Shown here in pieces: positions 1-8,400 of a stretch of DNA of 38,271 nt. Both the position numbers and the translations under genes were made by a program. Positions within the stretch are counted from its first letter, which is position 1. Every line of letters starts with the position of its first letter. The DNA lies in the IMG/VR virus record IMGVR_UViG_3300021959_000139, positions 1 through 38,271 of that record. One strand, written 5' to 3'. Under the pieces are notes generated by a model. It was not told the origin of the DNA. It saw only the letters and a list, made by a program, of their open reading frames with translations, and did not search any database. This DNA is from a virus (Duplodnaviria; Caudoviricetes).

Positions 1-1
1 C

Positions 2-340
2 AGGGAAAAAAAATTCCACCCATCAGATCACATAATCGCAGGACTAACATCTCGGATGCGCGACGTATTTAGTATGTCTACCAATCTATGCTCGAGGAAA
101 CAACCTAACATAGACTTCCCAGAGCAACTTATATGCAAGGCCGTTATAGAAAGCCACCGGTACTCAAGCGTCAAACATAGAGATATCTTAGACAAATCAA
201 ACTCTAAAGAAATAATGCGAAGACATTTTGACATTATAAGAATATCAGATCTACCAGGCCACATCTGGACATCAAGTTACAGAAAATACGACGCCTTATA
301 TTCAGAAGAAGACTGGTGCCACGATATTAAATCGCTTTAA
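2..340 (+). CDS. 5'-truncated CDS, possibly WavE-like (LPS/glycan synthesis-associated) protein C-terminus
   Basis: The frame of ORF 56..340 is open back to base 2 (REKKFHPSDHIIAGLTSRMRDVF...FPEQLIC). FHPSDH..AG and PEQ resemble WavE-family motifs as I recall them, and glycosyltransferase genes lie nearby. Confidence 0.4.
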   Translation, partial: REKKFHPSDHIIAGLTSRMRDVFSMSTNLCSRKQPNIDFPEQLICKAVIESHRYSSVKHRDILDKSNSKEIMRRHFDIIRISDLPGHIWTSSYRKYDALYSEEDWCHDIKSL

Positions 341-356
341 CAAAGTGATATCGCCC

Positions 357-384
357 TTGATTTTTTGGGATATGATTATATTAT
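357..384 (+). promoter_or_regulatory. putative sigma70-type promoter
   Basis: TTGATT (357-362), 16 nt spacer, TATTAT (379-384), in the intergenic gap 19 nt before ATG 404. AT-rich context makes a chance match possible. Confidence 0.45.
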
Positions 385-403
385 CATTAAACTAAGAAAA
401 CAT

Positions 404-940
404 ATGTCAGTATCATTATATAAACCAAACTCCAAAAACACAGGTTGCGCTTTTAATTTTAGATCAGGAATTAACAAAAAGCAAGAGCCAGTAATTTACA
501 TTAGCGCGATTCAGCAATACAGTTGGGACGACAATAAAAAAACAGGAAACTTCTCAGGAAACAGGGATGATTCAGATAAAAATATTAATGTAAAATTCAA
601 CGAATTCGAGGTTGGAGGTATGATTAGCGCTTTTAAAAAGAGGCACGAATATTCCACATTTCACGCCTACGACGAAAATAAAACCTCAATAAAGCTAACC
701 CCTTGGGACAAAAAAAATAAAGAAGGCAAAATTTTCCCAGCTTTCGGAATCACTTTTTTAAGAAACGGAAATCAATCATTCAAGCTCCCTATTGAACCAG
801 GAGAGGTAGAAACCTTAATTTGTTTTTTCGAATCCTACTTAAGGGATTTATTTACATTCAGAAAGAAAGAAGAGATTAAAAAGAGAATGGAGCAGAAAAA
901 AAACGAACAACCTGAAGCTCCCTCAGAAGCTCCTTTTTAA
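404..940 (+). CDS. Whirly-like single-stranded DNA-binding protein
   Basis: ATG 404 preferred over TTG 365. Motif order LYKP..QYSW..VKFNEFEVGGMISAF..TFH..IKLTP..FKLPIEPGEVETL parallels plant Whirly (YKGK..QYDW..SLSVTEIGSII..FFH..LKVEP..IPVTKAEF). Ends in an acidic EAPSEAPF tail like the SSB C-terminal tip. Confidence 0.6.
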   Translation: MSVSLYKPNSKNTGCAFNFRSGINKKQEPVIYISAIQQYSWDDNKKTGNFSGNRDDSDKNINVKFNEFEVGGMISAFKKRHEYSTFHAYDENKTSIKLTPWDKKNKEGKIFPAFGITFLRNGNQSFKLPIEPGEVETLICFFESYLRDLFTFRKKEEIKKRMEQKKNEQPEAPSEAPF

Positions 941-2862
941 TGAAGAAAAAGAAAATTTTAATTCATAGTAATCATTGCAAAGCCTTCACTGGTTTTGGCA
1001 AACATACTAAAAATATTTTAATTCATTTACATAAAACAGGTAAATATGAAATTGTCGAGCTATCAAACGGGATCACACGAGGAGACCCTAAAGTAAAAAA
1101 CTTCCCCTGGAAATGCGAAGGGTCTATACCAAACAATCCCGCCTTACTTCAAAAACTAAACAAAGACCCGATCCTAGCAAGAAGCGCAGGGTATGGCGGA
1201 CAAACAATAGATTTAGTAATTGAAGAAGAAAAGCCTGACGTATATATTGGAATAGAAGACATTTGGGCCTTCTCCGGTTATACTGAAAAAAAATGGTGGA
1301 ACAAAACAAATTGCATGATATGGACAACATTAGACAGCTTACCGATATTGCCAGAAGCTGTAAAAAATGCAAAAAAAATAAAAAACTATTACGTCTGGGC
1401 ATCCTTTGCGGAAAGAGCCATGAAGGATCTAGGCCACTCACACGTAAAAACTTTACATGGAGCGTTAGACACAAATAACTTTTTCAGACTTGAAGATAAA
1501 GAAAGGTCTTCACTTCGATCAAGATTCAAACTTAAGGATGAATTCATCATAGGGTTTGTATTTAGAAATCAATTAAGAAAAAGCGTTCCAAACCTACTTG
1601 AGGGATTCAAGATTTTCCTACAGAAAAACCCAGGATCAAAAGCCAAACTATTACTCCACACAAACTGGCAAGAAGGTTGGGATATACCAAGACTAATCAA
1701 GGAAAAAGGGTTAAATAATGAAGACATATTAACAACATATGTTTGTGAAAAATGCCACCAATACGAAATAAAAAGTTTTGCCAGCGACACCAAGGAAAAC
1801 GGAGAACATCAAAACTGCGGTTTTTGCGGCAGCCAGCGAAGCCAGCAAACATCAAGCGTAAAACTAGGAGTAGACGAAAAACAATTAAATGAAATCTACA
1901 ACCTAATGGATGTCTACTGCCACCCATTTTCCTCAGGAGGGCAGGAAATACCAATCCAAGAGGCAAAACTAACAGAACTAATTACGCTTGTTACAAATTA
2001 TAGTTGCGGCGAGGATTGCTGTACCGAGGAGAGCGGAGGAATAGCGTTAAGCTGGGCAGAATATAGAGAGCCTGGAACGCAGTTTATCAAGGCTAGTACA
2101 GACCCCAACAGTATTGCATTTCAGCTTAAAAAAGTTTTCAACATGAGCCCCGCAAAGAGGGCTGAAATGGGTAAAACCGCAAGAGATTTTGCGATCAAAA
2201 ACTATAGCATTGAATCGATTTGCTCAAAGCTAGAAGATATCATCGATAACATGCCAGAACCAGATTGGGATTTTGAATTTAAAATCGAGAAAAAGGATGA
2301 AAACTATACGCCAAACCCATCGCTATCAAACGAAGAGTGGATTATAGATATTTATAAAAACATCCTAAAGATGGAAGTCGACGAAGACGACGAAGGTTTC
2401 AAACACTGGATTAATAGACTAAATACAGACATGGATAAAGAATCTGTATTAAAATATTTTCACCAAGTAGCAGAGCAAGAAAATGCAAAAAACAAATCAA
2501 TAAAATTTGAAGATATTATAGATAAAGATGATAAAGGTAAAAGACTTCTTGTATCTATGCCCCAAAGCATTGGAGATATATACCTATGCACATCTTTGTT
2601 AAAAAATATAAAAGAGACATATCCGGATTACAATATTTATTTCGCAACAAAACCAGAATATTTTGACATCCTAGACGGAAATCCATATATACATAAAGTA
2701 ATCCCCTACTCTCAGGAGCTAGATAGCCTACCAACAATGGAAGGACAGGGAGGCCATGAAGGATATTTCGAAGTGGCGTTCCTACCATTTATAGGTACTC
2801 AAAGAATTCTAAACTATATGCATAACGGAAAAGATAAAATTCAATTTGACATATGCACCTAA
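940..2862 (+). CDS. multidomain glycosyltransferase: GT4 (GT-B) with CxxC-CxxC insert, DUF4214-like domain and GT9 N-terminal domain
   Basis: TGFGKHT N-terminal loop, GFVFRNQLRK, YNLMDVYCHP...IPIQEA GT4 motifs; CEKC (1744-1755) and CGFC (1816-1827); IYKNILKME..EGFKHWINRL; SIGDIYLCTSLLKNIKETYP..ILDGNPYIHKVI. Confidence 0.85.
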   Translation: MKKKKILIHSNHCKAFTGFGKHTKNILIHLHKTGKYEIVELSNGITRGDPKVKNFPWKCEGSIPNNPALLQKLNKDPILARSAGYGGQTIDLVIEEEKPDVYIGIEDIWAFSGYTEKKWWNKTNCMIWTTLDSLPILPEAVKNAKKIKNYYVWASFAERAMKDLGHSHVKTLHGALDTNNFFRLEDKERSSLRSRFKLKDEFIIGFVFRNQLRKSVPNLLEGFKIFLQKNPGSKAKLLLHTNWQEGWDIPRLIKEKGLNNEDILTTYVCEKCHQYEIKSFASDTKENGEHQNCGFCGSQRSQQTSSVKLGVDEKQLNEIYNLMDVYCHPFSSGGQEIPIQEAKLTELITLVTNYSCGEDCCTEESGGIALSWAEYREPGTQFIKASTDPNSIAFQLKKVFNMSPAKRAEMGKTARDFAIKNYSIESICSKLEDIIDNMPEPDWDFEFKIEKKDENYTPNPSLSNEEWIIDIYKNILKMEVDEDDEGFKHWINRLNTDMDKESVLKYFHQVAEQENAKNKSIKFEDIIDKDDKGKRLLVSMPQSIGDIYLCTSLLKNIKETYPDYNIYFATKPEYFDILDGNPYIHKVIPYSQELDSLPTMEGQGGHEGYFEVAFLPFIGTQRILNYMHNGKDKIQFDICT

Positions 2863-4022
2863 TAGAACAATACGCCTTATCGTGTGGGGTAAAAATCGAC
2901 AAACCCTTCGTAGAAACATGCTTCTTTCCAGTTGAATGCCGAAAGTATATTACGCTTCATGCAAGTAGCGGAATGCAGGCAAAGAACTACGATTATTTCA
3001 ACGACGTCTCGGATTTAATCTCTCCATTCCTAAAAGAGAAAAATATTAACATATTACAAATTGGAGACCAAGCAGACAGAAAGATTCAAAACTGCATTCA
3101 TTACAACGGCACAACAAATTTAAAGCAAACTTTTTATTTGATTAAAAATTCACTACTACATTTCGGCAATGATTCATTCAGTTCTCATGTAGCATCTGGA
3201 TTTAATAAAAAAATTGTTTGTTTATATAGTGTCCTGTTCAAAGAATGCTGTGGCCCATACTGGGGAAAAGCAGAAGATCACGTACTACTCGAGCCGAACA
3301 GAGACGGAAAAAAACCTTCTTTCTCTGCCAACGAGTCACCTAAGTCAGTAAATGAAATTTCCGCAGAATCAATTGCTTGCGGAATCCTCGACTTATTAAA
3401 AATCAATCACGACCTAAATAGACTCAGCACGATTCACACGGGCTTGGAGTACCATGTTCCTTCTATTTATGTTATACCAAATCATGTAATGCCAGAAAGC
3501 TTCGCCCCTGGCCAGCCAGTCAACATAGATGGCAGAGAATGCTTCGACGAAAGAAACATTGCTGAATGGGCGCACAAAAGACAGTGTAATATATTTCTTG
3601 ATAAACCAATGAGAATTAATTTCTTACAAATGGTTAAACACAACGTTAATCAAATAAATTTCTTTGTCTCAATGGATACAGATCTTGATTACATTAGAAC
3701 ACTACATCGTCTTGGATTTAAAATGAGACTATTATCAGACGACAAGGACGCAATAAGCGATATAAGAATTAAGTTTTTCGACTTTGAAGTTTTTGAACAT
3801 AAAAAATTAACAAAAAAAGATCTTGACAATCCTGAATTATTATGTAATAATACTCGCTATAATAATTCTAGAAAAATCGTATCAAATGGTAAAATTTACA
3901 ATAGTAAAGCAGCATGGTCTCACGAAATTGAAGGTCAGCACAACACAGTCATTGATTGCGACGAATTCTGGGAAGAACTCTCAACATTAAAACTTTACAA
4001 TGATAACAGAATCAGCGACTGA
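2853..4022 (+). CDS. GT9 (heptosyltransferase-like) C-terminal domain plus unknown C-terminal domain
   Basis: HLIEQYA..YITLHASS..AKNY..LQIG..TNLKQTFYLIKNSLLHFGNDSFSSHVASGFNKKIVCLY matches the GT9 donor-binding domain (GNDS..H.A). Overlaps the upstream gene by 10 nt. Confidence 0.75.
   Translation: MHLIEQYALSCGVKIDKPFVETCFFPVECRKYITLHASSGMQAKNYDYFNDVSDLISPFLKEKNINILQIGDQADRKIQNCIHYNGTTNLKQTFYLIKNSLLHFGNDSFSSHVASGFNKKIVCLYSVLFKECCGPYWGKAEDHVLLEPNRDGKKPSFSANESPKSVNEISAESIACGILDLLKINHDLNRLSTIHTGLEYHVPSIYVIPNHVMPESFAPGQPVNIDGRECFDERNIAEWAHKRQCNIFLDKPMRINFLQMVKHNVNQINFFVSMDTDLDYIRTLHRLGFKMRLLSDDKDAISDIRIKFFDFEVFEHKKLTKKDLDNPELLCNNTRYNNSRKIVSNGKIYNSKAAWSHEIEGQHNTVIDCDEFWEELSTLKLYNDNRISD
3823..3851 (+). 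promoter_or_regulatory. sigma70-type promoter internal to the GT9-C gene
   Basis: Perfect TTGACA (3823-3828), 17 nt spacer, AATAAT (3846-3851) with extended -10 TG at 3843-3844. Confidence 0.6.
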
Positions 4023-4839
4023 CAATTCGACAACAATATCTTCACAAATCAACAGTAAGCACATTATGGCGACAAAAAAAACTCTACCCAAAAACTATGA
4101 GCAAGGACCACTAAAATTCAACCGAAATGAATACGGCCTACTTAATGGAGTTGATTACGATTTCAGCGAAGATGGATCAGTAAACTGGAGATCCATGATA
4201 AAGGATGACCATCTATTCCCTAATAGGTCTTGGTTTGACCTAAGAAAAAAAGATTTACCCAGAACTATTGACGGACTCAAAGACCATCAGCTTCTCATCA
4301 AGCTTAGTGGAATTAAAGAATTAGCAAAACTAAGAGGCTTCTCGGATGTATATTACGATGTAGAAAAATGCGAAGAAGGGCATGTCGCAGTAAAATGCAG
4401 CATAACATTCTTGCCAAATTATGAAACAGGAAATCAACCAGTTGTATTTTCTGACATGGCAAACGCCACCCTAAACAACACAAGCAGTTTCGCAACAAAA
4501 TTCCTTGAAACTATAGCCTGTAATAGAGCGTTTGTTAGGTGCGTAAGAAACTTCTTAAATGTACATATTGTCGGAGATGACGAAATAGATAAATCAAATC
4601 AAGGCAACACGAATCAGGCTAACAGCAACCAAGCCCTACCATCAATTACTCCAGAATCTATGATCGAGTCCTCTGCAAGGGAAAAACTAAATTGTTCGAG
4701 CTTTGAAGAATTCAAGGTGGTATTAAGAGATTGGTGGAAAACAGGAAAATACAAGAACGAAAAAGTCGTAGACTGGAATAGTTATTCTGACATCCCTCCC
4801 TCTCAGGCTCGAGTACTAATGAAGGTGATCAACTCATAG
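4000..4839 (+). CDS. Rad52/Sak-like single-strand annealing protein (alternative start ATG 4066)
   Basis: LLIKLSGIKELAKLRG..AVKCSITF..ETIACNRAFVRCVRNFLNVHIVGDDEI resembles the Rad52-superfamily A.tRA..RA.R...I...EE signature, followed by an N/Q-rich linker and a small C-terminal domain. Confidence 0.6.
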   Translation: MITESATDNSTTISSQINSKHIMATKKTLPKNYEQGPLKFNRNEYGLLNGVDYDFSEDGSVNWRSMIKDDHLFPNRSWFDLRKKDLPRTIDGLKDHQLLIKLSGIKELAKLRGFSDVYYDVEKCEEGHVAVKCSITFLPNYETGNQPVVFSDMANATLNNTSSFATKFLETIACNRAFVRCVRNFLNVHIVGDDEIDKSNQGNTNQANSNQALPSITPESMIESSAREKLNCSSFEEFKVVLRDWWKTGKYKNEKVVDWNSYSDIPPSQARVLMKVINS

Positions 4840-5455
4840 AGTCGAGTTTCTTCATTAAATACTCTACCCTATCATTTAACACTTTTATTTGATCTTGCTG
4901 CTCTTGTATTGCGCCAACAAGTATTGGTACCATTTTTTCGTACTTCATTGCCAGATATCCATTTTGTCTTTCTGTGACAATTTCCGGAGCGATACCGCTA
5001 ACTTGTTGAGCAATTAATCCTATATCGTGGCCGCTATATGTTTGTTGACCTCCATTCCAATCAAACTCTATAGCATCAAGAGACTGTACTTTTTCTAAAC
5101 AGCCACTTATCTTTATTTGATTATCTTTTAAATTTGTATCAGATGCGGCATATGCCACTACATCACCGTAAGAATACACACCATTAGCACAGCCAACATA
5201 AAACGCGTTATCAACCAAATCTGGAAGATTTGTTCCGTTACTTTGTGAATTTTGGTCGGTTGGACTTACATAATCCCCCAAGATATGAGTGTTGTACTTA
5301 CCGGTAATATAATTACCAGCACCATTTATTATTGTTGATCTGCGAGACCCTTCGATTTTATTATTAAAGCCACAAATAATAATATTCGCATCATCATAAT
5401 TAATGACGCCTGTTGCGCTCGGCGAGGAAGTTCCTGGATTTGTTGGAGTCGACAT
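4829..5455 (-). CDS. short fibre-like protein with peptidase S74 intramolecular chaperone domain
   Basis: ASDTNLKDN..LEKVQSL..FDW..DIGLIAQQV..PEIV..YLAMKYEKMVPILVGAIQE plus coiled coil is a typical S74 domain. The N-terminus has I.G..N.I repeats. Confidence 0.9.
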   Translation of the reverse strand: MSTPTNPGTSSPSATGVINYDDANIIICGFNNKIEGSRRSTIINGAGNYITGKYNTHILGDYVSPTDQNSQSNGTNLPDLVDNAFYVGCANGVYSYGDVVAYAASDTNLKDNQIKISGCLEKVQSLDAIEFDWNGGQQTYSGHDIGLIAQQVSGIAPEIVTERQNGYLAMKYEKMVPILVGAIQEQQDQIKVLNDRVEYLMKKLDSMS

Positions 5456-5462
5456 AATTTAT

Positions 5463-8400
5463 TTATTTTTTATACCATGTTTTAGAGACTGTTGGAGTAG
5501 CACCATAACCAGCAGCTAGTGGTGAATACCATACTTCACCAACTTGATTTACTATTATATCATACCATCCGGCATTACCGGCACCATTGCTTACAGCTTT
5601 AAAAAACCTCTTGCCAGAACCATGCTCAAAAGTGCCCAACGAACTCGAATTAGTTATAAATGCTGGGTCAAACCATAAACCTTGCCCAGAAGTAGCCTTG
5701 TAAAAAGCAACCGGGTTGCCGCTTAGGCCGGCACTTGGATGAAAAATTAAAACCCATTCTGGAGTTGTAGAAAAAATTTCAATATAAACCCATAAACCGT
5801 CTGTAGAGAGTAGCGGAGTATAGATGTTTGGAGTTGAGCCAGCCCAACTAGCATAAAACCAATCAAACACTATGCGGACACCGGGAGGAGGATCGTTGGG
5901 GGCGATGGCAAGAAACCAAGCCGGTACAGTTGCCATTCCATCTTCCGACTTAATCAAATCTCTTGAGCAATAAAAATCCGTAGGCCAATAACCTAACACA
6001 TTAAAAGAGGAGTCTGTATTTATCCATGTGTCATATATCCACCCATTTTTATATCCAGCTAAATTTGACCCTCTCTTTAAAACATTTGTCCATCCAGATG
6101 AAACAGGAAATCTTCGAGTATTACCAATAGAGTTAGCAGAATTATCTATAACATTTTTTGCGCCACAAAAAACACCCTGAACAGAACCCCCATTTATTTT
6201 ATTTTGATAACCCGCCCCTATTATATTAGCTCCGTCACTACTTATGTCTAGATCGGGCATTGTATTTTGATAACCAGCAACTATAGCAGAAAAATTATCC
6301 CCAACTGAATTATCATAACCGTTTCCGATAAAAGAAAATCTTCCTGTTATATCATTATGTGCTCCGCCGACAATTGAAGAAGCGAGAGAATCTACTTGAT
6401 TTGGTCCAGTTGTTACTCGCGTGATATCATTATTATATCCACCTCCAATAAAAATAGCTTCTGGCTCTGGATTTTGCGTACTGGTAAATGAGATACCTGC
6501 TTGAAAATTATCGCTTCTTCTACTATATGAATTAACGAAAGCTGTATTAAATTCAATTCTTCCTTGCGTTGCCCCAGGATATGGATTTGCATTGAATCTT
6601 ATATATCTATCACTATCACCAATAGTAAATAGTTGAGATTTTACATCCACTCCAGAAGCAATACTAAATCTCATGTGGGAGTCAGCGTCTCCTATGTCAA
6701 ATTGTATATCACCGCCTACTGCAGACAATAAAAATCCAGGTGAAGAATAGTCGGCCCATGTCTTACCCGCGCTCTTAATAACCCCACCATTACCAGGATT
6801 GGGATTATTCGGATCGTCCGCAGCGCTTTCTCCCATTGTTAGAGTTTTTGTGATCATTGCATCTTCTGCAAGCAATAATTTCGTAGCAACACTTTCAAAT
6901 TGAGCGCCAAATGTTTTCCATAAGTGTCCTGTTGGATCGGGGTTGCTTGTATTATAAGTAACAGGATCATGACTTGCATTTGTCTCCAGAGCAATATAAT
7001 ATGTTTGATCGGCCGTCCTGTATACTACATCCCCGCGTAAATTTTGAGTGGGAGAACCTGGGGTGTTATGAATTCCAATATAAGTGCTTATAGAATTCCA
7101 AACCCCTCTATAAACAGGGCTTCTTCCCGTCGGACCAGCAGCCCCCTGAGCAACAAGACCTACAGAAACTGAGTGTTCCGTAGAAGTACCATCCCCAGAA
7201 GAATATATTATAACAGATTCGTGCTCAGCTGTGTTGTCGCCCTGATGAATAATTGTATCAAATCCATACTTTATTGGATTATCATGCCTATCTCCTACAT
7301 CCAACGAAGCAAAAGCAATCTTTGCATTGGAGTCAAAATTATCTGGATCATAAATAAAGCCACTAATATTATATCCAGTGAAATTATTCTGACCATCTGT
7401 TTCATATTCATCATATCCAAAAATCTGAACACCATTAGGGAAGGCCATTCTGAATCTTACGTCATCATGATTAATACTACTATTATTGTATCTTACTACG
7501 ATATCAGAACTCTGAGATAATGACGGAATATAAGCTCCATCATCTCTTTCGTCGTACGTAAAAAATGCCGGCTCTGCAGTCATTGACATTACGGTGAATT
7601 CTCCGCCATCACGCTGCTTAATATTTCCCTCAATTGTTAATTGACCATTTTCGTAGTATAATTTTCCACCAGGATTTCCAGGAAAGTCTCGACCTTTAAA
7701 CATGAAACTTCCATTTCCGCTTATTACAAACCCAGCACCTGGATATCCATATCCATGATATCCAGTTCCACCTCCCACATATACAGGATCGCCAAATCCT
7801 ACGCTTCTAATTTGCCCACTATTTTGATCGCCGCCAACTTGAATATCTTGACCAATAATTTCTGCGGATCTAATTTTGTCTGCAGTTATATTATGTATTT
7901 TAGCATTAGTAATAGCTGCATTTTCTATGTGAGCAGTACCAATTGTCGCATTTGCGAAAGAGTGCCACATTGGTGACGCGATTCCATTTGCGTTTCTTGC
8001 AATAATATCATCTCCATCACTAAGCACAGAAGGTCGTCGACCATCATAGTCTGTATTTTTGTTTGCCGAAGGATTATTCGTATTACCCTCTCCTGCTGGA
8101 TGATAATCTACCGTGGAATAATTACCGCTATATAAAATATTTCTTAATGGATTATTTGCACTTAAACTTAAAGGAGTTTCTTTTACAATTTTTATTTTAT
8201 CTCCATTAGATGGAGAGAATGGTAAAGAGACAGATAATTGAATTGTATTAGTTGTATCTGTATATGTGTTTATTCTTCTTTCCTGCCCTTGAAGTAATCC
8301 ATCTTCAAATCGCACATAGTATTCTGAACTTCCATTAATATCAGGAATATTTCTTCCGTCCGTTGTGTCATTTCCAAGAATAACAAAGCTTGAAACAGAT

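Noticed and set aside
365-403. TTG start at 365 given by the ORF track
   Set aside because: It overlaps the putative promoter; ATG 404 fits the domain start better.
911-940. Short direct repeat GAAGCTCC x2
   Set aside because: It simply encodes EAP-S-EAP in the SSB tail and is too short for an att site or array.
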